From Eledone cirrhosa (Eukaryota): a stretch of DNA of 64,000 nt. The notes under the pieces are model-generated. The model was not told the DNA's origin. It was given only the letters and a program-made list of their open reading frames with translations, and did no database searches. The position numbers were made by a program, and so were the translations under genes. The stretch lies in NCBI GenBank assembly GCA_964016885.1, contig OZ024752.1:11284001-11348000 (forward strand). The letters are read 5' to 3'. Shown here in pieces: positions 52,501-64,000 of this stretch (positions are counted from its first letter, which is position 1; every line of letters begins with the position of its first letter).

Positions 52501-53927
52501 GATTTGCCTATGATTTATTACAATTTTTCTTTAATACAAAGCCATTACTCAATTTAATACACAGCCATTAATCAGTTAACCTTTCGTATATTAATCATTT
52601 TATATGAATATTATTTCCTTAACTGTGACATCGATTTCATTGTTCTGTTATGTATAATATTCTATCATCTATTCATTACACTTTCCAAACCTGACCTTCC
52701 AGTAGATTTCATTTAATTTCTCTTTCTTTCATCTTCTATTTCATATTTTGTTTCATCTGTTGTTCATTTTTAGCATCAAATTATTTTCTTTAGGTCTTTT
52801 GTTTCCACCGATCATTAAACTGTAGAGCTTGCACCAATTCACATCTTCGTTAGTCATTGAAAGATGAAGACATCATAAATTATGTGGCTGATTTATGTAG
52901 ATTTTGTAACCGAATACATTGAAATAAATCTCACAACTTGTAACAAATAGATCAATGTTTACCACCTTACATATTAGTAATAAGGGCGGTGAATTGGTAG
53001 TATCGGTAGAGCGTCAAACAACATATTTTGCCGCATAGAGTTACGGCGCTTTACGTTCTGTGTTCAAATCCCGCCGAGGGTAATTTTGCCTTTCATCCTT
53101 TCAGGGTCAATCAAATAATGAATCTATAACGAACTGGGGTCGATTTATTCGATATCCTCTCCCGCAAAATTGTTGACCTTGTGCCATCTCATTCCCCCCT
53201 TCCGTTCTTCTGTGGCCCTAGACTCCTGGCTTTTCCGATCATTTTCCTCTCATTTCTGGCTTTCATAGTCCTTTCCTCTACATCCCTATACAGCCAGATC
53301 TGCTCTTCCTTACCCCTTCTCCATTTTCCCATTACTTAATTTTGCTTTTATCTTTCTTTCACATATTTAAACCTACATGAACTCAGGATAAGCAAGAAAG
53401 AGAGGACAAGACAAAGTTGTACCTTCAACTGTCAACCATCTTTCTATAGCTTCGCCTCAGCTCCTCTACACTCTAAGATAATGTTAAAGATGGTAACGGA
53501 ACTAGTCTTGTAAGAATCACTTATTAATAATCACACACACACACACACGTACATATGTACATATGTACATATGATAATGCGTATATCTGTTTGTGTGAGT
53601 GTGTATATATATATAAATATAGTTTCTACTTTCGACACAAGGCCAATGATTACCCCAGTACACCACTGGTACTTTATTTTATCGACCTTGTAAGGATGAA
53701 AGGCAAAGTTAACCTCGGCGGGATTTGAACTCAGAACGCAAAGGGCCATAACTATGCTGCAAAGCATGGCGTCTGACGCTCCGCCACCCTTATATATATA
53801 TGTAGGAGGTGAGTTTTATTGTAGTACAATAAAGCAATGCAGATATCGGATAAGTAGCACTCTACAGTTTGTAGGACTGGAGTATAAATAATATATAAGA
53901 TCAAAAGATGGTTAAAAGAGTTCCGTG

Positions 53928-53998
53928 TATTTTATTATGCGCATTTCAAAAACAAATATCATCATGCAATAACATTTGTGTTTTCATCAGATAAAATA
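53928..53998 (-). ncRNA. Type-I hammerhead ribozyme
   Basis: Reverse complement of 54107-54177. Confidence 0.85.
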
Positions 53999-54106
53999 GG
54001 AAGACATGATATGAAGGTTAAAAAACACTTGTGAATAGTGCAGTTTTAAATCAACATATCACTTCACTATTCACAAGTGTTTTTTAACCTTCATATCATG
54101 TCTTCC

Positions 54107-54177
54107 TATTTTATCTGATGAAAACACAAATGTTATTGCATGATGATATTTGTTTTTGAAATGCGCATAATAAAATA
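54107..54177 (+). ncRNA. Type-I hammerhead ribozyme
   Basis: tattttat CTGATGA aaacacaaatgttattgcatgatgatatttgttttt GAAA tgcgca TA ataaaata; palindromic helix III. Confidence 0.85.
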
Positions 54178-54280
54178 CATGGAACTATTTTAACCATCTT
54201 TTGATCTTATATATTATGTATATATATATATAAATGAAAAGTATAGAAATTGTTGTAGCGAGAAGCTAACAGTATTCCAT

Positions 54281-54361
<81 letters not shown>

Positions 54362-54386
54362 GTTACACAACAGTTAGTTCACCACA

Positions 54387-54426
54387 CCGAGAACAAATGT
54401 TTCACCTTAGCGGATCTTCAGCTCGG
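54387..54426 (-). ncRNA. Type-I hammerhead ribozyme (family D, within element 54359-54579)
   Basis: Minus strand: ccgag CTGAAGA tccgctaaggt GAAA catttg TT ctcgg. Confidence 0.75.
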
Positions 54427-55051
54427 ACTTGTAATCCGCTCAGGTGAAACATTCGTTCTCGGTATAGTGAACTAACTGTTGTGTTACTACATCTACCAAA
54501 CTCGTCCCATCGACTGAGTGCTCTACTTCTACCGATATTACCTTTCAGTGTTCTACCTGAAAGGTAATATCGGTAGAATTACCTTTCAATATTATTTCTT
54601 TTGAATGAAACAGCTCTAGTCCTGTAGAAGCCACTTTTATATTAAACATGATGTTTACTCTCTACTAGTGTATTAGTAGTGAGGAAACATCATGTTTAAT
54701 TAAGAAGTGGCTTCTAATATCTATCTATCTACCTATCTATCTATCTATTTATTTATCTATCTCTCTCTCTCTATATATATATATTCATTTAGGTTTGACG
54801 GTACAGAAAGAATTTCTGTTGGCTATACGGAATGACCAGAAACTGGTTATTCCGTATAGCCAACCATGATGTAATGTTATGAAAAGCACTCGACGTTATG
54901 CAACTCATCCATCATTCATGTTGAATCTTGTTGGTGCGAGAACGAAGTTAATTTTTATTCAGTAATATGACAGAAGGCCGGGCAGTACATAGTGTTTGCT
55001 ATAATAAATATTTGAAGGAATTTCAACAGACCGGCCCCCTGTCATTTTACT

Positions 55052-55099
<48 letters not shown>

Positions 55100-55719
55100 A
55101 ATGTGTGTATTATTTGTGGTCATACACAGAACAAATGCGCTACCTAAAGATTCAGGCCCCAATATTGACCATATCTCCAGAAATCTAAGAGGAGTAAAGG
55201 TTATGACATATCTTCATATAAGATAACGTTAAAAGCTTTCTGCTTTCTTCTTTTTTCACACCTACGAAGTGACTCCCGGGTTCAGCCGGAGCTCAGCCGT
55301 TGGGGTCCTGACTCTGTTCCTATATATATATATGCATACATATATATATATATATAAATGTCTGAGTGTGTGTGGCGGGTTCAATTGGGGGTAAACACAG
55401 TAAGGTACTCAATACATTAGTAGAGAGTAAACATCATGTTTAATATCGAAGTGGCTTCTACAGGACTAGAGCTGTTTCATTAAAAAGAAATCATGATGAT
55501 ATATATAAATCATGATGATATAAATATTTTTATTTAAGCATACAGTATATTGCCAATACATACATTCATGTATATATATATATATATATATACATGAATG
55601 TATGTATAGTATATTTGGCAATATACTGTATGTTTAAATAAAAATATTTTGAAAACCATTCGCTATGAGTTTTAAAGTAGTGACTATCACTTACTTATTC
55701 TCGGCAATAACAAAGGAGA

Positions 55720-55765
55720 GTGATCGACTGCGTGTTTCTCGCTTGTTAAAATTTATCAAGATCAC
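55720..55765 (-). ncRNA. Hammerhead with U3-A8 core; helix II poorly formed
   Basis: Minus strand: gtgatc TTGATAA attttaacaagcga GAAA cacgcag TC gatcac. Confidence 0.5.
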
Positions 55766-55864
55766 GCACTTCCCTGCCCCTCTCGAGATGTATAGAAGCT
55801 GGATTCTTATAGAATTCCAGTGATATTTAAGAGTTGATCAAACAGAGCGATTGCCTGTCCTCCA

Positions 55865-55899
<35 letters not shown>

Positions 55900-55900
55900 T

Positions 55901-56640
55901 TTGTGGGGACGTGTTCTTTCTTGGTTGTCCATCGTAAACGATGATGACATCTTCTTTATTGTTGTTCCCGTCTGCTGTGGGCATGAAGGTGGCTGTGGAG
56001 GCCGATCTTTGACTTGCAGGTCCGGGGACAGTGGGGACAGAGGAAGAGACCGGAGTCAGACCGGCAACTCCCAGATGTTACCTCCACCTGTTACCTCCAC
56101 CTCTCGCCCATCTCTGCAGGGCTTTGGGAGTGCACGCTAATAAAGAAACCTGTGCGGGAAAGGTTTATAGTGGGAGGGCCAGTGCACAGTGAAGGTCCCA
56201 CTCACTCGGCCGCAGAAGCCAGAATCCGGTGGTATGGAGGACCGTCACGACCAGGGACTTCCTTGGCTGCAGTGGATGGCCACGACGTCTGTAGTGCCTT
56301 GCCGTACCCTAGCGCTCCACATCGCTTGCTGTCCCCGCCTTCGTGACTGTTGGGACGATGTTGCCCTCCTCCACTCACTCCGCCTAGTCCAGTCTTCGTA
56401 TGCAGGAGCAGGCACCTCCTATCTAACTAACCGGAGGGTTTCAGACCGATCCGGCTACCCTCAACCTGGTTCGGCCCGCCAGCCAAGGTGGTTTACCGGG
56501 GTGTGACCGCTGTCGCATGCTACAGCTTCTTGGGGCCACAGGTGAGAGCTGAGTGTCAGGTGGGACTCAATGCAGGACGAGCTGTCCTGAAAAGGGCAAG
56601 GCTAGCCCTCCCTACAGAGGTACATGCCCATCCCTGACAC
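55901..56640. mobile_element. Unclassified GC-rich interspersed repeat, possibly a LINE 5' region
   Basis: Sharp GC shift against the flanks; no convincing ORF; adjacent 56640-56727 is homologous to 48337-48420 (inverted). Confidence 0.35.
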
Positions 56641-56967
56641 CCCAAGCATATACACACGCATATACATACATATGTACAAGTGTATATACATATTTACACA
56701 TTTTTGTATGGCCCTTCACTCTTATGAGATCTTCCGCCCTTTGTGGATGTGTATACCTATACAAACATAGCTATATGCATACATGGGCCTATGACATTTA
56801 CGACTATTCATTTAATTATAAATGTCTCGCGCGCGAAATGTATTTCGTGTTTATAAAATTTGCATAGAATTTAGAATCGATTATTTGAGTCTGGTATTGT
56901 ATAGTGTGTCTGATGTATGTATTACATAACGACATACTGAAATACACGTTGTAACGCACACACACAC

Positions 56968-57010
<43 letters not shown>

Positions 57011-57061
57011 CATACATACACACACACATATATTTATATATACATATATATATGTATATAT

Positions 57062-57110
<49 letters not shown>

Positions 57111-57398
57111 ACATCGAGGTGATTATATGTGTGTGAGTGAGTGTGTGTGTAAGGTTGAAGTGTGCGTGTGTACATCTAGGTGATTATATATGTGTGTGTG
57201 AGTGTGTATGCTTGAAGTGTGTGTACATCTAGGTGATTATATGAATACCCCCTCCGCCTCCGTGGTATTTTTTTCGTGGTTATAAGAGGCTTAGCTCTGT
57301 TTCTCGACCGTTATATCGCGTGACTATCTCCCCCTCCGCCTTTTGGGATTCTTTCTCACGTCGTGTAGACGCGTTCTTGAGACTAGTAAAATGAGGTA

Positions 57399-57486
57399 TC
57401 CTCTTGATAAGTCGGCAGACCTCGCAAGGACTCTATATCTTTGATATATTGTTTTTGTTTATGCCACGAAACTACGTAGTCGAGGA
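57399..57486 (+). ncRNA. Type-I hammerhead with U3-A8 core variant
   Basis: tcctc TTGATAA gt(c)ggca...tgccac GAAA ctacgtag TC gagga. Confidence 0.7.
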
Positions 57487-57568
57487 ATTTAGGAACAGTT
57501 TAGGTATGATACATTTTATTACTAATTATATCTAAATGTTTCTTCTCTCTTCATAATGTATATATAAA

Positions 57569-57653
<85 letters not shown>

Positions 57654-57810
57654 TTATATATGTATGTATATATATATAGTATACTAGGGAGAGGATCAGG
57701 GGTGTATATAACACTCCACTTATCCAGCAGGCAGTATAAGGTTAGCTCGATGTCTGAGGACAGAGCCGTGATATAATAAATAACAAAGAACGCCTATAGC
57801 ATATGCATAT

Positions 57811-57868
57811 CTTTACTTGCTAACATTGTTTCATCCGCACTATAAGTGGGACTCATCAGAGCATAAAG
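57811..57868 (-). ncRNA. Type-I hammerhead ribozyme
   Basis: Minus strand: cttta-tgct CTGATGA gtcccacttatagtgcggat GAAA caatg TT agca-ag-taaag. Confidence 0.8.
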
Positions 57869-57944
57869 GTTAATTACATACCACACAAGCAATAACAAAT
57901 CCAAGACATTGAAGAATGAAAAATAAAAAATAATAGATATATAT

Positions 57945-58379
<435 letters not shown>

Positions 58380-58883
58380 TATGTATATATATATATATAT
58401 ATAGTAGAATAATCGAGTATCGAAAAATCGGCGCACGAGTTCACGATAAACAAAATTCGAGATGAGCGGCAGAGGGCTCTATAATTCAAATAAATTAGAG
58501 CTATAACTATCGTTAAAATACCGTCACACGTAGAATATGTCTACAATCAACCAAATAACCGATAAGTTCGATATGGAAGATTCGGGACACTCAGATAAAT
58601 TATCAATAAATCAATAAATGAAATGAATGTAAAATGCATACCCGGACCCACTAGAGAGATGGAATATCTAGCTTCTTGGGTTTCTGTAAATCCTTAAACC
58701 GTCATCTATCAGCTCATATAAAAATATATAAATATATGTATATATATATATATATATATAAATATATGTATATATATATATATAAATATATGTATATATA
58801 TATATATATATAAATATATGTATATATATATATATATAAATATATGTATATTTATATATATATATATATATATAAATATATGT

Positions 58884-59284
<401 letters not shown>

Positions 59285-59407
59285 GCATATATATATATAT
59301 GCATATATATATATATATATATATGCATATATATATATATATATATATGCATATATATATATATATATATATGCATATATATATATATATATATATGCAT
59401 ATATATA

Positions 59408-59481
<74 letters not shown>

Positions 59482-60894
59482 TATTTATATATAGATATAT
59501 ACACACATACATATATACTTAAAATATATAGAGAGATATACATCTATATATATATACGCATTTGTTTGTGTATATATATGTTTGTGTGTGTGTGTGTGTG
59601 TGAGTGTATGGTTGAAGTGTGTGTACATCTAGGTGATTATATATGTATGTGAGTGTGTGTGTGTGTGTGTTATTATACGAATATACACTTGTATGTTTAA
59701 GTTTCGTTTGAATCTCTAGTAATATTTATCTCTTTAGCTATTTATAAGACTGATTCAATTTGAAATGCTGTCATTTATTGAAGAAACACTCTGAGCTATG
59801 AAACGTCTAGACGCAACTTGCAGACAGATAATCACATAGGAAAATACTGGTGGAGATGAACAGAGATGTACTGATATTGAAGTGATATAATGTGAGGGCG
59901 ATGGGTAAATTACACGATAAATGGGATATTAAGATTGATATGTAGGTAAGAATGAAAATCTGATGGATACTGGGATACAGGGTGAAAGATAAAATGAGAG
60001 GCAGATAGGTTAAATGTATTAGAAAGATAATACTTTTTTCATAATTGGGTTACTTGATACACACACACACACATACACACATATACACACATATTCCCGC
60101 ACGTGCATACACACACATGCATACACACACATTCCCGCACGTCCACACACACATTCTCGTACGTCCACACATACACACATTCTCGCACGTACATACACAC
60201 ACACGCGCATTCCCACACGTCCACACACATGCACACACACACACTCCCGCACGTCCACACACACACACACATATACACACACTCCGGTACACACACACAC
60301 GCGCAGCGCGAAGACGCATACAAGCACAGCCACACACATGCACACATACACACACTCGCGCGCGCAATTACATACACGCACAGCCACACACATACACACA
60401 CACTTGCAAGTGCGTTAGACACACACACACATACACACACACAACCGCGAGCGCAGACAAACGCACACACACAGCCACACATACACACACAGTCAAATAT
60501 TCAAACATACACGCAAAAACACCTACAAATACACGCGCGTTCAAACACACACACAGCTACTTAATCACATACACAAACAATCCCACACACACTTAATCTC
60601 ATACACACACAATCACACACGAACAACAGCCCCTACCTGGCCGCTCTGTCTGCTAGAAACAACAGCCAAATCTGTCTTAACTCAAGCGTTAGAATTTTAT
60701 GAAATGAAGATAATTGTTTCTACTATTGGCACAAGGCCAGCAAAAACCCAGTACATTACTGGTACTTTATTTTATCGACCCCGTAAGGATGAAAGGCAAA
60801 GTTAACCTCGACGGGATTCGAACTCAGAATGGCAAGGGCCGTAACTCTATGCGTCAAAGCATGGCGTTGTCCGACCCTCTACCGACACTGCCAA

Positions 60895-61147
60895 TCCACG
60901 GCTTCACTACCTCGCTCAGAACGCGGATGTAGCCATCGGTGTTCAGCTTGAGGCCCTCAGGGAAGAAGTGAGGTGGCATGATGTCACCTTAACTGCTGAC
61001 GTCACCTAAGACCAATGTTGTCGCCGGAAACTTTGTCTGCATGACTCAGGGCACGTCTTTGGATGAGACAGAGAGCGACCTGTTGTTCTGGGAGTTGATC
61101 TTCTGGTCTTGGCAGAAGTTTTTCTCGTCGTAGAAAAACCACAGCAT
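60895..61147 (-). pseudogene. Tc1/mariner DD37D (maT-like) transposase fragment
   Basis: MLWFFYDEKNFCQDQKINSQNNR...DVP*VMQTKFPAT..LGDVSS*GDIMPPHFFPEGLKLNTDGYIRVLSEVVKPW; two stops; abuts a SINE. Confidence 0.85.
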
Positions 61148-61239
61148 GTCAATGAAGATAATGGTAACTAATATGTCTAAGAGAATGCGGATTAGCTACA
61201 GATAGACATGTTCTGTTTTATAGTGAGCTGGAATGGATC

Positions 61240-61790
61240 TTACAGCACGTCTCCCTCACCATCCGCTAGGGAAACGCCTTCTCTATTCTGTCTTCCGCTG
61301 GGAACGTGGGTCGGCGAGTCCGTGGGCCCCCATTTGCTCATAATAATTGTTTCTACTTTTGGCACAAGGCCAGCAATTATCTCAGTGTATTACTGGTACT
61401 TTATTTTATCGACCCCGTAAGGATCAAAGACAAAGTTAACCTCGGCGGCATTTGAACTCAGACCGTAAAGGGCCGTAACTGTATGCTGCAAAGAATGTCG
61501 TCAGACCCTCTACCGATACTTGAAATCCACCGCCCTTCTGCTCATAATAATGAGAGAAGGGGAGGACGGGAGATACGGAGGTTAATTACAGTGAGAGTTT
61601 GGATCTTCTGTGTTCGGACCTAGAGTATGTGAAAGGTGAAGAAAGCCGGAGTGACTGGGGTGATAACAGTGGGAGTTTGGTTCCCCTGTGTTCGGACCTG
61701 GTGTATATGAGAGATGGGGAGAGCGGGAGAGACGAAGGCAGTGACAGTGGGAGATTGGTTCCTCTGTGTTCGGACCTGGTGTATATGTAT
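61240..61790 (+). mobile_element. CRE-like 3' end split by a SINE, with a triplicated 3' UTR
   Basis: VSLTIR*GNAFSIL at about 61248; three acagtgggagtttggttcc..tgtgttcggacctggtgtat units. Confidence 0.65.
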
Positions 61791-62959
61791 ATTTTTCCCG
61801 AATAAACACTCACACTGAGGTAATGTAGTTATTTTTTTCCAGGGACTATATGGTAAAGTGCACTATATCAGATCAATTTGATTTGAAATAGAAATCTGTT
61901 TATCACAAGTTGAACATTTAACAAGACTAGAAACTACTTGGTTCCGTCCATATTTCTACCTACTTCAAATACAAACACTATTTGATTATTTCCATATTTT
62001 CTGTGCATCTATAATTCATGTATTATTTTATACATGTATTTCTTATTCCATCACCCTCCATTGGTTTATTCTCTTTTTCAGTCAGTCATCATTTTTCCAC
62101 CTCATAATTATATTTGTCACTACCTCCGTCTCTCCCCATCACTCACAATTATATCACTAGCAAATATAAGCCCACGCGCTTGCCACCCCAGCGAAGGAAG
62201 ATGTTATGTGTTATTTTATTTATTTATCTGTTCTGACATTTCGAGATAAAATCTCTTCTTCAGAGGTATATAACAATTGACCCGTCCGTAATCAGCAAAA
62301 CGCATCGCTTACCACGTTTACTGATTTTATTGTCTAAATACCAGGACAGATAAATAAATAAGGTAATACATAACATATTTTCTCACCTTATTTTCTTGTT
62401 CGTCCATTTCCCATAATTGTGGCCTTCTAACTTCATATTTTTCTAATTTGATAGTAGTATTAGGGGAATGGTAAAAGACAAGTGGATTCTGTCTTGGTGA
62501 GGTAAATAAATAAATGAATAAATATATATATCTGTGTGTGTGTGTGTGTGCGTGTGCGTGTGTGTGTGTATATATAACATACAAGATCCGTAGTAAAACA
62601 GCTGACGAAGGGAAATTTTTCTTTTCTTTTCTTGTGTGTGTCCCGATCACCTTCTAACACTTCGTTTTCAATAACCACACAGCCTCGCCTCCTAAACCTT
62701 TCCCCCACCCCGGAAAAACTCCCAGTTGATTGATGTGAATCCGAAATATATAGGGACTATTAAATCTCTCCCATTGTAACTCTCTCTCGTGTTGTTATTT
62801 TTATTTTATCCTTTATACTCTTTCCTTCATTCTTCTACACATCTCATACACACCACGCATCTCAACGTACACCCACTTACATCTCTCTCTCCACCACCGG
62901 ATCTTGTTACCCGGAGATTTACCCATTTGCATTGTCGAGGCTTCCAAACGACTTAAAGA

Positions 62960-63032
<73 letters not shown>

Positions 63033-63519
63033 TGATCGCACTTTAAACTTCATATTTTTCTATACCATACACAATGCTTTTAGCAAACTGCAACTTTCTC
63101 CTACTATAACCTTCTTACACCTCCCTACTCTTATCCGTATTGTTCTTTCTACACCAACATTATATTTGTGTCAAACGATGAGAGTGACTGAAAGTAACCT
63201 GTATGCCATCTTTGTGTTCTCGCTTTAACAAATGTCCGTTTTACTTTTCTTATTGTTTTTATCAAGACTGAGCTTCATCGTGCAAAACTGGTTACAAGCA
63301 TTCTAGTCATAGCAACGCGTTCTTTTTTTTAAATATAGTATCGACCACCGAAAATGCCAATATCCTAATATGCAAATTTGCGTTTGATGAATATTTATTC
63401 GTTGTTTCCATTAAATCGAGAATCTAATTAAAGGTTCACAGTTTAGCTCGTAATATTTTACTTATAACAAAGGAGGGAGATAACTATTAGATTACATAAT
63501 TATTTTAGCAAAACCATGA

Positions 63520-63875
63520 ATGGTTATAAATACAAAGACAACCAGTCTAAGATTCTGTTGCTTTCCAGCAGGTTTGTGGTCGAGCCCGTATCAGTGGAGA
63601 CCTCTTCTGCTGTCCTTGGCCCTAGGACCACAACCCTACTCACCACCATCGGCACGGAGCTGGCTACCCACAGGTGTGAGCCTCACAAGCAGGAATGTCT
63701 TCTTCCAGCGCGTTTCCCTCACCATCCTCCGGAGAAACGCCTTCTCTATTCTGTGCGCTGGGGTCGCGGGGCCGCCAGCGTTTGGACCCCCATTTACACA
63801 TAACAGGGGAGAGTGGGAGAGACGGAGGCAGTGACAGTGGGAGTTTGGTTCCTTTGTGTTCGGACCTGGTGTATA
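63520..63875 (+). mobile_element. CRE-like non-LTR 3' fragment
   Basis: FVVEPVSVETS..LGP..LLTTIGTELA then, after a frameshift, FQRVSLTILRRNAFSIL and the same 3' UTR. Confidence 0.8.
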
Positions 63876-64000
63876 TGTACATATTCTACCACATATACAT
63901 ACTCCTTCTCCGAACAAGCATTTGCATATATAACGAGTCTAAATTTGAAACCTGAACGCCACAAACAGGTACCAAAATCCCCCTCAAATCACATGCAACT

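Larger units (their letters stand above)
53803..54218. mobile_element. Family C-related fold-back element with ~145-bp arms
   Basis: 53890-54039 is inverted at 54065-54217; the left arm extends through GAGTGCT (53856-53862, -) to a TA tract. Confidence 0.75.

Noticed and set aside
58645-58720. Hammerhead-like CTGATAGA..GAAA ccca..tggg TC on the minus strand
   Set aside because: Helix III fits but helix I does not pair and the core has an insertion; possible relic only

Overview
Eukaryotic, AT-rich, repeat-saturated DNA, most likely an octopus or other cephalopod (inferred from the abundant tRNA-derived SINE with core gcctttcatccttacggggtcgataaaataaagtaccag and the extreme (TA)n/(CA)n load). 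No intact host gene is evident, and most listed ORFs are microsatellite artefacts. Recognisable coding remnants are: a 5'-truncated but open RTE-clade RT with three C2H2 fingers, a second RTE fragment with an 11-bp TSD, R4/NeSL-like and CRE-like endonuclease fragments, a CR1/L2-like fragment, a DD37D/maT transposase fragment, a probable family-B GPCR pseudogene and a Thr-rich mucin-like exon. The main hidden signal is about 15 recognisable type-I hammerhead ribozyme motifs, plus degenerate or half motifs, from roughly eight sequence families. They sit in (TA)n tracts, usually as fold-back palindromes whose axis falls on a ribozyme helix. Two carry the compensatory U3-A8 core, and several families share a GAGTRCY motif near the 3' end. 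This best fits TA-targeting Penelope-like retroelement pseudo-LTRs. All structures were folded by eye and none is experimentally tested.
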